Made by a program: the position numbers and the translations under genes. 64,000 bases of DNA, from positions 4,674,548 through 4,738,547 of the forward strand of contig NC_069000.1 in the NCBI RefSeq assembly GCF_001194135.2, read 5' to 3'. Below the pieces are notes generated by a model. The model worked only from the letters and a program-made list of their open reading frames with translations. It was not told where the DNA came from and ran no database searches. The stretch comes from Octopus bimaculoides. Taxonomy: Eukaryota. Shown here in pieces: positions 41,466 through 55,138 of this stretch (its first letter is position 1; every line of letters begins with the position of its first letter).

Positions 41466-42167
41466 GAAGAGCGGTCAGTGACGAGAATCCTAGTAGCTAT
41501 TTACTTGACGGAGATGGGCATCCATATCGCTACTCACAGTCGTTTTCGAGATGAATGGGCCTGTGACAAAGCACGTGTGTCGGTATATGGCTGACGCCAG
41601 TGTCTTTAAATTTCGCCATTTTTCTTTGGAGATATTTCGTATATTCGTGTTGGATTTCTTGTTTTGTACGATGACTAACTTAAGTTCATATTCGACGTTT
41701 CTCACCTTTGTAGTCTTATTTTCAAGAACTTATTATATAACGTGGCGTCTGTATTGTTCTTAAATACCGGTCGAATTTATGTAAACTTTCACCATAGAAG
41801 GTTTTTGGAGCGTTAGATTCATCATTTAGGCTTCACGATTGATTTCTTCCTTGGAGTCGAATTTCTTGTCCTTAGGCTTTCATGCGAGGAGTCACGTGTT
41901 AATTATTTGACGTCTGTACTCTTAGCAGCGTTTATTAGTTTTACTAGTGTTATGAATATTGTATGTGTATGAAAACATATGCATCCATGCATACACATAC
42001 ACAAACAAGCACAAACACGAAAACACACAAATACACGCACGCGCGCGCACATATGTTATTTAGTTCAGGAAATTGGCTCCACACTAGGAAATCAACTTCT
42101 TAGCAGAAAAGATTACTAAAATCACCATTACACTTCGAAACTGTATCAAGCAATTCTCATAGACTTT

Positions 42168-42232
<65 letters not shown>

Positions 42233-42297
42233 TTGTATGTATGTATATATATAAACTCACAAAGATACGTATATTGTGTAGAATTAATAATTTAAGC

Positions 42298-42512
42298 AAG
42301 GCTGTGAGCTGGCAGAATCGTTAGCAAGACGGATGAAATGCTTAGCGGCATTTCGTCTGCCGCTACTTTCTGAGTTCAAACTCCTTCGAGGTCGACTTTA
42401 CTTTTCATCCTTTCGGGGTCGAAAAATTAAGTACTAGTTGCGTACTGCGGTCGATCTAATCGACTTTCCCCGTACTCCCAAAATTTCAGGCCTTGGACCT
42501 ATAGTAGAAAGG
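42298..42512 (+). mobile_element. Full-length SINE family 1 copy
   Basis: A-box-like tggcagaatcg, B-box-like gagttcaaactcc, tail ggccttggacctatagtagaaagg. Confidence 0.92.
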
Positions 42513-43026
42513 ATTAATAATTTCAGCATTGCAAAACCTGTTGTCATCGCTTAGCTTGTCCCCATTAACTGTAGGGTGATGTAAATTGTAATCTAAACAA
42601 TATTTCAGAGATACTAAACTCTCACAAGACCGGGAAGGGTTATTTTATTATCTTGTAATCAAGTGGCTGTTGAATTGATTGCAATTGTTATATGGTATGC
42701 CATTATATTTACATTATTTAACCCATTTAACAAAACGATGTTTATATGTGAAATTTCTGAAATCGAAATTGTTCAGAGCCCACACGGCGTAATTGGCAGC
42801 CGTTTAACACAGCAAGTGATTGAAGCAGTGTTTGACTCTTATGTTATCTCTACGATCTCTTTGTCTTACGCTACTCATTTAGTTGGCTTATACTTGTATA
42901 TATATATAAATTTACAAACACGCTCACACACACACATAATTTATGCATGTATGCAATTTATGCATGTACATACAAATAAGAATGCATACAGATATATTTC
43001 TACGTATATATACATGTATATAAGTC

Positions 43027-43133
<107 letters not shown>

Positions 43134-44235
43134 ATAAGTCTATGTATATATATATATATATTACCAAAATGTAGGTTTAATGATACATTTGCATTTATAT
43201 ACATGCATATATACATACTTTCATACATACATAGTACATACATACATACAGAAAGACATAAATACATACATAGATACATACATGCATATATACATAAACA
43301 CCGCGCACACATGTTCTGTATTCCTTGATCGACTTACTGCTTGACGAGTATTCTAAAAGTAAACGATAATCGAAGCGTGTAAATCTGTCTGTGTTGAGAA
43401 TAATAATGGTAAAAGCTACTTCCAGTCAACGGCAAATCCCTTCACAAAAGGTCAGTGAGCAAAATCAATGTCTACTATTCTCAAAATTCTTGCAATTTCA
43501 GATTCGTGTTGTTGTTGCTGCTGTTGTTGTGGTATTATAATGATAGTTACGCTGGCGAAGATACCGCTACCGCGGCTGTTATTCTGCTACGGCTGTTGTT
43601 GGTGCTGTTGTAGTGGTATACACAATCACCAGAGGGAAGCTTGTAAGAACTTTGAAGAAAGTTACCAATGATAATAGAAATGGAATAAGGAAAAATGTGA
43701 AAAGGAAATCAGTTATGCTTCAGTGGAGTTTTAGTTAAATTGTCTTCTCTTCCCACTCCTCCTCTCTAATCGTGTCCTGTTCCTGCAACCACCCCCACCT
43801 ACTACCGGGAGTTGGATGGTGCGGAGTACGTGAAGTAAACATCGTTGTGAGACAAAATTGAAAATGTCAGATATATATCATCTATTGTTGTCTTTGTGTG
43901 TGTGTGTTTAGTGGGAATATTCTAAATGCGTATTAATGTGAATGTGTGGGTGCACGCGTGTATATGTTTTGAGCTTTATATATGTATATGTGTGTGTATG
44001 TGTGCTTATATATATATATATATGTCTGTTTTGAGTTGTGTCTGTTGTGAGATGTGTATGAATGTGCAATGTTCATGTGTANNNNNNNNNNNNNNNNNNN
44101 NNNNNNNNNNNNNNNNNNNNNNNNNNNNNNNNNNNNNNNNNNNNNNNNNNNNNNNNNNNNNNNNNNNNNNNNNNNNNNNNNNNNNNNNNNNNNNNNNNNN
44201 NNNNNNNNNNNNNNNNNNNNNNNNNNNNNNNNNNN

Positions 44236-44283
<48 letters not shown>

Positions 44284-44776
44284 CGCGTATATATATATGT
44301 GCATATATGTACATACATACATATATATATGCATATATGTATATATACACACAGATCTGTGGCGGAATGTCTATGTCTGCTTTGTGCGAGGTGTGTGTGA
44401 GTGCGCGTGTGTGTGTGAATGTGTGTATTTGTGTGTGTGCAAGGTGTAATGGTGGTATTCTCGTGTATCCTCGTGTATGTCCTTCTATGTAGGGCAGTGT
44501 ATATATATGTGAGGTGTGTAAGCGGGATATAGTGTGTTTGCGTGTGTAACAATGTATACCTGTAAGCCCCTGGATATATATATGTGCTCATGTGCATATG
44601 TAAGTATATGTAATGTATGTGTGCGTGCGTGTGTGTGTGGGGGGGGGCTATATGTCGTAAGTGTGTGCATGTGAGTTGTATATGTGTGCGTATGTCAATC
44701 TGTAATGACTGTGTGTGTATATGTTCGTGTGTGTGTGTATGTATGTGTGTGCATGTGTATGTGTACACTGGTGCGT

Positions 44777-44807
<31 letters not shown>

Positions 44808-46928
44808 TTTGAATTAAAATTGCGTATATGTATGTACGTTGTTTGTATGTTGCCCGTATATATGACTGTGTGTGTCACGGGTCAGTATACATGTGCGTGA
44901 GTACCTTGACCTCATGTGTCCAGGTATGTACGTGTTTATCTACATAAATGTGTATGCCTGTGCAAGTGTGTTTATATATATATACATGTGTGTGTGCTAC
45001 TACAATTGTGTTTCATCTCTTTGTCCCTACAGAATTTATTTGAGAGGAACAGCAGAAAATGAAAACCAATAATGAGTGAAATAGTCCTCCTCCTCAATAA
45101 AATCAGTAAGTGTAGAGTTGAATGCCATGATTTATGTTACCACTGTTCCTAGGCACTATCAGCAATTCCAAGAATAACTATAGCTGAAGTAAATGATTTC
45201 GCCTCGTGCTTCAAGACATATGTACTGACAAATGAGCTAGAACCCGAAACGTCTCCTAATTTAAGAAGAGAGATCTGGCCAATAAACTCTAGTGTCATAA
45301 ATATTTCATTAACGTGGCNNNNNNNNNNNNNNNNNNNNNNNNNNNNNNNNNNNNNNNNNNNNNNNNNNNNNNNNNNNNNNNNNNNNNNNNNNNNNNNNNN
45401 NNNNNNNNNNNNNNNNNNNNNNNNNNNNNNNNNNNNNNNNNNNNNNNNNNNNNNNNNNNNNNNNNNNNNNNNNNNNNNNNNNNNNNNNNNNNNNNNNNNN
45501 NNNNNNNNNNNNNNNNNNNNNNNNNNNNNNNNNNNNNNNNNNNNNNNNNNNNNNNNNNNNNNNNNNNNNNNNNNNNNNNNNNNNNNNNNNNNNNNNNNNN
45601 NNNNNNNNNNNNNNNNNNNNNNNNNNNNNNNNNNNNNNNNNNNNNNNNNNNNNNNNNNNNNNNNNNNNNNNNNNNNNNNNNNNNNNNNNNNNNNNNNNNN
45701 NNNNNNNNNNNNNNNNNNNNNNNNNNNNNNNNNNNNNNNNNNNNNNNNNNNNNNNNNNNNNNNNNNNNNNNNNNNNNNNNNNNNNNNNNNNNNNNNNNNN
45801 NNNNNNNNNNNNNNNNNNNNNNNNNNNNNNNNNNNNNNNNNNNNNNNNNNNNNNNNNNNNNNNNNNNNNNNNNNNNNNNNNNNNNNNNNNNNNNNNNNNN
45901 NNNNNNNNNNNNNNNNNNNNNNNNNNNNNNNNNNNNNNNNNNNNNNNNNNNNNNNNNNNNNNNNNNNNNNNNNNNNNNNNNNNNNNNNNNNNNNNNNNNN
46001 NNNNNNNNNNNNNNNNNNNNNNNNNNNNNNNNNNNNNNNNNNNNNNNNNNNNNNNNNNNNNNNNNNNNNNNNNNNNNNNNNNNNNNNNNNNNNNNNNNNN
46101 NNNNNNNNNNNNNNNNNNNNNNNNNNNNNNNNNNNNNNNNNNNNNNNNNNNNNNNNNNNNNNNNNNNNNNNNNNNNNNNNNNNNNNNNNNNNNNNNNNNN
46201 NNNNNNNNNNNNNNNNNNNNNNNNNNNNNNNNNNNNNNNNNNNNNNNNNNNNNNNNNNNNNNNNNNNNATATGAATGCTCCTTTACACATATATCTTCAA
46301 AGTTAAAAAAGCCTAAAATATATGGTACTAAAAATATCGGTACACATACGTAATATGTGTGTATGTATGTATTCGTATTTTTGTTTATATTTACAAACGA
46401 AAGAAAAGAGAACTCAATCCAAGATCTAGATTTTCGTCAGTTAGCTAAAGTCATTCCACAGAGATTCACGCGTGCGGAGAATATGCAATCATCCAATCGA
46501 CAATTCACAAATTCGTATATCCCCAACGCAACAGCTGTAAACTAATTCTGTTTTATGAACGGTGGTCACGTTTTGAAATGCGTAGAAACCACGAGTTAGG
46601 ATTTCTGTCTATCAACATAGTGTAAAAGGATGATCCCAGACCTGCAGTGTGATCGTCAACAAGGGTGCCATACAAGGATTCCTGATTCGGATGGGTATTT
46701 TTCGTGGTGGTTTAATAGATACCTTTTGTTAGATTTTATGGTTTACTGGTATAGTTCCGTCACACTCCAGTCCAAAACATTACAGGACCATAATTTATGG
46801 CTGGCACTTTTAATGTAGTCCTACCTACACACATACAGCATAAAATCTTGAAATGGCCACGGGTAAGGCGACTGATTTTGCTTTGAACCTCAAAAGCCCG
46901 GCAATACATACAGGATATCGTGTGCCTT

Positions 46929-47070
46929 TTACTCGTTTCAATCACTGGACAGCAGCCATTCTGGAGCCCCGCTTAAGGGTTTTAATTGAACAACGTGCCC
47001 ACCTCATACTTATCTTAAAGTTTGTCACTTATTCTACCGGTGTCGTTTGTCGAATCGCTATAAGCTAAAA
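46929..47070 (+). mobile_element. SINE-like family 2 copy
   Basis: ttactcgtttcaatcactggacagcagccattctggagccccgcttaagggt aligns with 11365-11420. Confidence 0.65.
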
Positions 47071-47590
47071 AAAAAAAGAACAGTAAGCATAAAAAAACAC
47101 GTGCCAGGAGCAATGTTGACAAATTTCGGGACGTATGGAAGTTTTGAGGGATACAGTGTCCTGATAGCTAACAACCGATGCCGGTATTTTATTCAATGTT
47201 TCGAGAGTTCTGAGAGTGAAAAAAAAAATGTTTACAAAAATCATTATATGCTACGCTGTTTCTCTGAATTCATAAGTATGTCCGCGAGTCGTGGAAATAT
47301 TGAATGTTAATTTATACAAAGAACGCAGCTTTTATGATTTATAATATATATTCTGGCATTTCTCGTAAATTAAGCGTCTGCATGTTGGCTTTGTCTTTGA
47401 TATTGTATAAGATTCTGCTGCAAAGTTGTTGAAATTTTATCGTTATTTGTAACTGAGCTATTTTTTTCATCTTAAAACTTGTACTCGTTAAATTACTACG
47501 TATGAAGCGACAATTACACAGACGAGAAAAACAACACTTGAGACTTGCAATTTCCTTACGACCAAACAGACAAACAGACAGAGAGAGACA

Positions 47591-47665
47591 CAGTGATACA
47601 CACACATACATACACAGAGATACACACACATACATGCACAGAGATACACACACATACAGAACACA
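47591..47665. repeat. 24-bp unit tandem repeat, about 3 copies
   Basis: gagatacacacacatacatgcaca-type unit. Confidence 0.8.
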
Positions 47666-48396
47666 CACACACGTTTACATGCTACGGACATAAATACAAG
47701 CATACATAAACGCATATATATGTATGATGGATGTATATATATATATATGAATAGATAAATATACATGACGAATACGTAACATAATATATACATTTATACA
47801 CACACACATATATATATATATATGCGTATATTTGCAATAATATATATAGATTTATATACATACACACATATATACGTATATTTGCCATATACGTATATAT
47901 ATATGTATGTATATGTATAATATAGATACATACATGTACACATACATGCACACACATACACAAGCTAATACAGGCACATACATGTGTGCATATATACGAA
48001 TAATGATGAAAACAACACATATAGATAGTCTCATTAATGGAAGTATTATCACCGTCACATATCTATATAGATATTTCCTCTTACAAAAAAAAAAAAAAAA
48101 GAAAAGCGACAACAAAGTCAAAAACAAAAACAAAATCAACAAGTCAGCAGACGTTGAAACTAGCGTATTTCAAACAAGTTTCCTAAATTAACCCTCTCTT
48201 CAAATACACAACTTTATGCAGTAACACCAATATCACTCTGAAATAACACGTCTGTTTTTGACAACAATACCGAAAGTCTAATTAGATTGATGCAAATGCA
48301 GTTGGCTAAATTTACTTATGGAAAATAACTTCTTCTGAGGCAATTATGTATACTGATACTTATTGCCAAAGATATATGATTGTATATATGAGTACA

Positions 48397-48429
<33 letters not shown>

Positions 48430-48563
48430 GTATGTATATATATATATATATATATATACATAAATATACGTTATGTTCTACATTATAAGTTGATAGATTC
48501 TAGTCTCTTTATCGGACCCTGTAATTTGTGTTATGAGTTTTGTATCATATATNNNNNNNNNNN

Positions 48564-48597
<34 letters not shown>

Positions 48598-48752
48598 TGT
48601 ATATATATATATATATATATATACATAAATATACGTTATGTTCTACATTATAAGTTGATAGATTCTAGTCTCTTTATCGGACCCTGTAATTTGTGTTATG
48701 AGTTTTGTATCATATATCATACATCGTAGGTGTTTGCCTATATGCGCATGTA

Positions 48753-48811
<59 letters not shown>

Positions 48812-48889
48812 ACCTACATGTCTGTGTGGGTGTTATGTGTGCAGCTACATAGGCATACACTTGTGCACACAATTACACATAAATACCTT

Positions 48890-48943
<54 letters not shown>

Positions 48944-48960
48944 TCTATGCGAGCGTACAA

Positions 48961-49070
48961 CTTTCTCTTTGCCTCTCTATCTACCTCCCACCCTTTCTCT
49001 TTGCCTCTCTATCTACCTCCCACCCTTTCTCTTTGCCTCTCTATCTACCTCCCACCCTTTCTCTCGCCTC
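48961..49070. repeat. 32-bp minisatellite, 3 perfect copies plus a partial
   Basis: Unit ctttctctttgcctctctatctacctcccacc. Confidence 0.95.
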
Positions 49071-49406
49071 CTCTATATATAGTCATGTCATGTGTGTATA
49101 TCATTGCACGTCTAAGTTCTCTGTCTCCTTACTTTAAAATTTTCCATTTTCATATTTATTATTCATTTCTATACCCAGTTGTATTCTTTGAGATTTATCT
49201 TTTATATTTAATGCGTTTAATACTAAATACACGCTCGCACACAAACATGTATATAGGAAAAGGCATATTTAATGAGCTGTCTACATATATTCCTTTGTGG
49301 ATTGTAGACTTACAGCTGTTTCTGATATTCATTTTGGGGTGCGTTTATTGTTCAGTTTAATCAATCGTGTATATGCATAAGTTGGACGTTTTCCAAACCA
49401 TATCGG

Positions 49407-49485
49407 TAGGAAATTTCCTGTATAGCAAAATGGCCGTAAATGTATTAAATATTTACGGCCATTTTGCTGTACAGGACATTTCCTA
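49407..49485. other. 79-bp near-perfect palindrome (MITE or hairpin RNA candidate)
   Basis: 37-bp stem with one mismatch and two G-T pairs, 5-nt loop, TA at both ends. Confidence 0.85.
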
Positions 49486-50167
49486 AATATATCATTATGT
49501 CTAAATATATTAAATAACGAAAGCATTATGAAAATTTGTTCATTTCTGAGTATTTCCTAATTTGCAGACGTCCAAATACAAGTCATTTATTACAGGGCAC
49601 TACTTAATTAACTTAATTATTCCATTTGATTTTTTTTATTTGTTCAATTAATTTTAATTGATCATTTCCTAAATAGTGAATTCACTTTCTAGTGGGCGGT
49701 GAGTTTTTTAAAATTCTTTGTCATCATAAATGCAATGAGAGTGTGGCTAGCATCGAGGAAATAAATGTAAAGAGTAAACTGCTGGTGGTTCTCAGTAAAT
49801 ATTTCAAATATTGAGTGACACAGTTAATTAATAGTGAACACAATTCAATGTTTAAAGAAACAAAATGCTAACTAAAAAATTTATAAAATATTAAATAAAA
49901 AGATACCCCCATTTCAAACGAAGGAAATTAAACCTTCAGCAATGATTGATAATTTTATCATGAAACATTAAAAGAACGTTGGAGTTTCGTTGGGTTTTAA
50001 AAATATGTTTAAAATAACGATCTACAGTTTCTGAATTGATTGCAAAATAAAAAAGTGAAAGAGACAAAGTCGCATGTCATAAAATTTTAAAATTCATTTC
50101 CAAATATGGACATGTTACCAACTGTAAATGAAGGCATAAATAATAACATGGACCCTCTATTGTTTTC

Positions 50168-50590
50168 TTTCTACTTAAGGCGCAAGGCCCGAAATTTTGG
50201 GGGAGGGGGCCAGTCAATTAGATCGACCCAGTACGCAACTGTTACTTAATTTATCGACGCCGAAAGGATGAAAGGCAAAGTCAACCTCTACGGAATTTGA
50301 ACTCAGAACATAAAGACAGACGAAATACCGTTAAGCATTTCGCCCGGCGTGCTAACGTTTCTTATTCCTTTATTGCCCACACGGGGCTAAACAGAGGGGA
50401 CAAACAAGGACAGACAAAGGGATTAAGTCGATTATATCGACCCTAGTGCGTAACTGGTACTTAATTTATCGACCCCGAAAGAATGAAAGGCAAAGTCGAC
50501 CTCGGCGGAATTTGAACTCAGAACGTAACTGCAGACGAAATACCGCTAAGCTTTCCACCCGGCGAACTAACATTTCTGCCAGATCACCAT
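50168..50590 (-). mobile_element. Dimeric SINE family 1 (unit, linker, 3'-truncated unit)
   Basis: Units 50168-50360 and 50419-50590. The linker matches 7550-7615. Confidence 0.9.
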
Positions 50591-50598
50591 ATGCCCGT

Positions 50599-50675
<77 letters not shown>

Positions 50676-50730
50676 TTCCAAAAAATTCATGTTGTTTCTT
50701 GAGAGAGTCATTACGCCAGTAATAATAAGA

Positions 50731-50890
50731 CACGCACTGGTTCAATATCACTTCTTTATTTTTAGACAACAGATTAAAGATATAAGCAAATAACTAATCG
50801 ATTGTTTGCTTAAAGTGCTGGTTAAACAATTGGTTAAATATTTAACCAAATAATTAACAATAAAAGAGTTATATTCAACCAGTGCATGTG
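50731..50890. mobile_element. 160-bp MITE-like element with imperfect ~35-bp TIRs
   Basis: cacgcactggttcaatatcacttctttatt versus the reverse complement of 50855-50890. Internal 20-bp palindrome at 50830-50849. Confidence 0.45.
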
Positions 50891-50924
50891 TTATTATTAG
50901 CGTAATGTTATTATTAGCGTATTG

Positions 50925-50993
50925 CCAGACAGTGAGACTGAACTCGGAACCATGTGATTGGGAAACAAGATTCTTACCGCACAGCCACGCCTG
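50925..50993 (-). mobile_element. tRNA-like head of SINE family 3
   Basis: Reverse complement caggcgtggctgtgcggtaag...ggttccgagttcagtc matches 61306-61360. Confidence 0.75.
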
Positions 50994-52779
50994 TTCAATA
51001 AACCGATTAAATTTCTACAATGTACAAATTATTTTAACAATATTTTAAATGCATTTCTTAATAGTGTTTAATTCTAAATATATAATGAAGTGAAGTAGCA
51101 GCAGGGCGTGTGTTTACTATTGGCCTCATGACTCTCCGAGACATACAATTTATGTTGTATGCAAGTTCGCAATCAAGAATCCTTCAAACCAAATATAAGA
51201 ACAAATTCTTGTAAATTCTGGCAATAAAAAGATAAAAACGGAAGATTACTGGATATTGTTTATGCTCCTTCATATTGAGTGGAGAGAAGGATCAGTGTCA
51301 TGTCGCAATTGTTAATGAGTTGTTGATTGTTAATCAAGCAGTTAAATACATTTGGAGTAATTGAAAGCGGAGGCATGTCATTGAATTCCATTAGAAGGAG
51401 GTGAACTTTTACAAATATCTGAGAGCAAGTGCCAAAAGAAACAAACAAAAGAAAAGCGAAAAAGACACGAAAACAAAACAAAAAAAAAAGAAAGAAACAA
51501 AACGTTAAGAACCAGTGTTCCAAAACAAAATTTAAACACACAGAAGCGAATTATCTGAAGAGTATATGGATATGAACTTCACAGAATATAACATTATTCG
51601 ACAGAAGAAAAAAGATTAAATATGATAATTAATGTATGTGATATAAACGTATGAATAAATAATTAAATAAATAAATATATGAATGAATAAATAACTATCT
51701 AAATAAGTGAATAAGTTAATTAAATCAAACCTTTACTGGAAAACTCTATTTTCGAATCAATACTACGTGTAAGCCGTTAGAAGATTGCATACGTTAAGTT
51801 TGCTAGTCACGAATCATCCATCATATATGACATGGTAAATGAAATAACATACAATAAAATACATCTACAAGAATTCATTTCTTTATGCTTTTTTTCTGTT
51901 TTTTTTTTTTACTTTTTGGTGGAACGTATTAACATATTATCACAGTATAACATGCATTATTAATACAAAAATGTTATGATTGCATTGCATATGTAATACA
52001 GAATATAATAATAACTCATAGCACATAATCTTATTGAAATTCCTTTACCCCAAAACTATATCACATTTGCACATTCATAAGTACACAGGCACATATATAT
52101 TTACACATATATACACACACATGTATATACATATACACACATTATATATATATATATATACACACATATATATATATGTACATATATATTTATAGACACA
52201 TATATATGTATGTACGTATGTATATATATGTATATATACATATATATGTATATACATATATGTATATATATATTATATATATATGTATATATACATATAT
52301 ATATACATATATATATATATATANNNNNNNNNNNNNNNNNNNNNNNNNNNNNNNNNNNNNNNNNNNNNNNNNNNNNNNNNNNNNNNNNNNNNNNNNNNNN
52401 NNNNNNNNNNNNNNNNNNNNNNNNNNNNNNNNNNNNNNNNNNNNNNNNNNNNNNNNNNNNNNNNNNNNNNNNNNNNNNNNNNNNNNNNNNNNNNNNNNNN
52501 NNNNNNNNNNNNNNNNNNNNNNNNNNNNNNNNNNNNNNNNNNNNNNNNNNNNNNNNNNNNNNNNNNNNNNNNNNNNNNNNNNNNNNNNNNNNNNNNNNNN
52601 NNNNNNNNNNNNTTCATAGGAAAGAGAAGGTACGTAAACCGAATTAAAGGTAGCATGTATCACCTTTTTCCCCTTCCTTTCCTCTTTCGATGGCTATCCG
52701 GAACATTCGTTAATGTTTGTTTCTACCCCCCTAAAAATCCTTGGACGGACGCTTTAAACGTGTCAAGATACTTATACAA

Positions 52780-52810
<31 letters not shown>

Positions 52811-52864
52811 AGAACTTCAATGGTTAAAAACGAAAGTAAAAAAAGAGACTTTGTTTTGATCTAG

Positions 52865-52953
52865 ATACCGATGCTAATCTGGAGGAAGATGAACTCATAG
52901 AATTTTCCAGTCACGAATTATTTATCAGAGGCGATATTGAAGAATGGAATAAG
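52865..52953 (+). CDS. Candidate coding exon DTDANLEEDELIEFSSHELFIRGDIEEWNK, product unknown
   Basis: Acceptor ctttgttttgatctag, donor aag|gtgcgt. Open phase 1 to 0 frame with protein-like composition. Confidence 0.45.
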
Positions 52954-53479
52954 GTGCGTTTACATGTCTTTGGTGTTTACATCACTGCTATTATTAACGG
53001 TAAAGCGTAAAATATCATAATTGATTTGCATACCTAATATGAATTCGTGGAAAACTTGTAACTTATGAAACATTTTCGAAATGCTTCTGTAAACATATTA
53101 AAAATTCAACGGTTTTACCAAATGTTCTGTCATGGCCGACACAGACACGTTCGTTTAATATCCATGATGGTTATAGTTAAAGAAAATAGACAAGATACAT
53201 GAAACATATTTCTCTCTCTCTCTCTCTCTCTTCCTCCTTCTGTTTCTTTTTCTCTGTGTACGTGTGTACGTGTGTGTGTGTGTGTGTGTGTGCGTGAGCA
53301 CATTTTCATGACATTTTCTATTGCTCGCTAATACATAGTTTTACGCTTGTAAGTTCAACATCTTTCACAGCCCACATATCAAATGTCTTTATATTTCTCC
53401 CCATCTCACTCTCTCTCGAATATTCTTTCTTTGACAGTATATTCCACATTATTTATTTATTTTAATTTCAATTTACATT

Positions 53480-53688
53480 AAGACGGGAAGCAGTTAGAGT
53501 CGTTAACTGACTCAGCGGCATTTCGTCCGTCTTTACGTTCTGAGTTCAAATTCTGCCAATGTCGACTTTGCAATTCATCTTTCGAGAATCGATAAAATAA
53601 GTACGACTGGAGTACTGGGTTTCATGTAACCGACTTACCCGCTTCCCTACTTCCCCGAAATTGCTGGAATTGTGCCAAAATTTGAATC
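53480..53688 (+). mobile_element. SINE family 1 copy
   Basis: gcggcatttcgtccgtctttacgttctgagttcaaattc body. Confidence 0.85.
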
Positions 53689-53814
53689 TGAATTACATTA
53701 TAACATCATTCCAAAGCTTACGTACTTGCGGCGAGTTATGGCAGTTCCTGGCAGTTCGTTGGATAAAATGCCTTATTCTATTAGTTCTGAATCGCTGCGC
53801 TTTGAGATCAAATC

Positions 53815-53870
53815 TGGTTGAGGTGAATTTGGTGGACGGAAACTGAAAGAAGCTCATCGTATATACATTT
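53815..53870 (+). mobile_element. 3' part of SINE family 3
   Basis: atttggtggacggaaactgaaagaagc. Confidence 0.6.
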
Positions 53871-54130
53871 TATATCAAATTATATTTGTGTGTGTGTGTG
53901 AAAAGTGTATGTTGTATCTTTGTCTTCGTGTTCGTTTCACAATACAGCTTGACCACAGATTTACGTTTGTCTGCTTCCTCGTAACAAAGCTGATCGGCAA
54001 AACAAAATAAGCATGGCCACAATCAAATTACTCAGAAGGTAAGAAGAAAAATAGAATACGTTGTCTAAAAGACAAGGTTGAATATATATCACTGCATCCA
54101 ATGTAATTCATTCGTAATAATTTCAAGCCA

Positions 54131-54321
54131 TAACGCGGCGTTATGGCCGATTTGTCAGCACGCCGAGCAAACAGCTTAGAAAACTTTCGTCCATGTTTAC
54201 GTTCTAAGTTCAAACACCAGCGAGGTTGGCTTTGCCTTTCATCCTTCGGAGTCGGTAAAATAAATACCAGATTAATACTTGGCTCTCTCGAAATTGCTGG
54301 ATGTGTGCCAAAATTTGAAAC
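54131..54321 (+). mobile_element. Degenerate SINE family 1 copy
   Basis: ttacgttctaagttcaaac...ctttgcctttcatccttcggagtcg; tail gtgccaaaatttgaaacc. Confidence 0.8.
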
Positions 54322-54999
54322 CGTTATTATTGTGGGTAGAAGAACATGATGTTAAGCGAACCATATTTACGTATATACACATATATACATAAATATATGC
54401 ATCTACTTGTAGACAAATATACACATACAATATAAACATTGTTTTACGATGTGTACCAAACGATTAATCAAAAACTCTTTACGAATGAATTAAACATGGA
54501 ATGTTTTATATTTGATGTAATGTCAGATCGAGAGCTGGGACGTAATACGTCTGGAAACAGACTATCGAAACTGTACTTCCATTAATAAGACGACGGGGCG
54601 AAATTTCAGAGAGATTTCATTGCTATTTCTAGAAAGAGATTTTTGCTCTTTGTTTTCTTCACTGCTGAAATTTTTTTGTGATGGCTGCCGTTTAAAAATA
54701 TCTGACAATCCTTGTCTGGTATAATTTCTAAATTCTAAATATGATTGATAACCTACCAATACTTTAACCGTCAACTGTGTCTCTTCGTTTCTTCTTTTTT
54801 TTTTCATGTAAGGAAGTGTTTTTTAAATATAGTTTATTTTCTCTAACTTCCTGGAAGCCATATTCGAATGGAAAGTACATTTTGTTTTGAACGAACAACT
54901 TGATTCCTTTCCATACATAACATTATTCCGTTGTTCATTCATTCGTTCATTCTCTCTTTTCCTCTATTTGATTCTTTGTCCGTTTATCGTTAGCATATC

Positions 55000-55138
55000 A
55001 TTAGCACTATCGTTAGCATGTCGGATGAAATACTTAGCGGCATTTCGTCCGTCTTTGCGTTCTGAGTTCAAATTCCGCCGTGGTCGACTTTGTCTTTCAT
55101 CTCCGAAATTTCAGGCCTTGTGTCTTTAGTAGAAAGGA
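55000..55138 (+). mobile_element. SINE family 1 copy with internal deletion
   Basis: Well-conserved head and B-box joined to the aaatttcaggccttgtg tail. Confidence 0.85.

Noticed and set aside
45222-45255. ctgac...gaaacgtc, superficially hammerhead-like
   Set aside because: No CUGANGA spacing, and no helix I or II pairing.
46621-46694. Plus-strand CKRMIPDLQCDRQQGC resembling a ShKT N-terminal half
   Set aside because: Wrong strand for the ShKT exons, lacks the C-x-D Asp, and the donor is only moderate.
48457-48717. Exact ~96-bp direct repeat on either side of an 11-N gap
   Set aside because: Identical copies flanking a minimal gap indicate an unmerged contig overlap, not a biological duplication.
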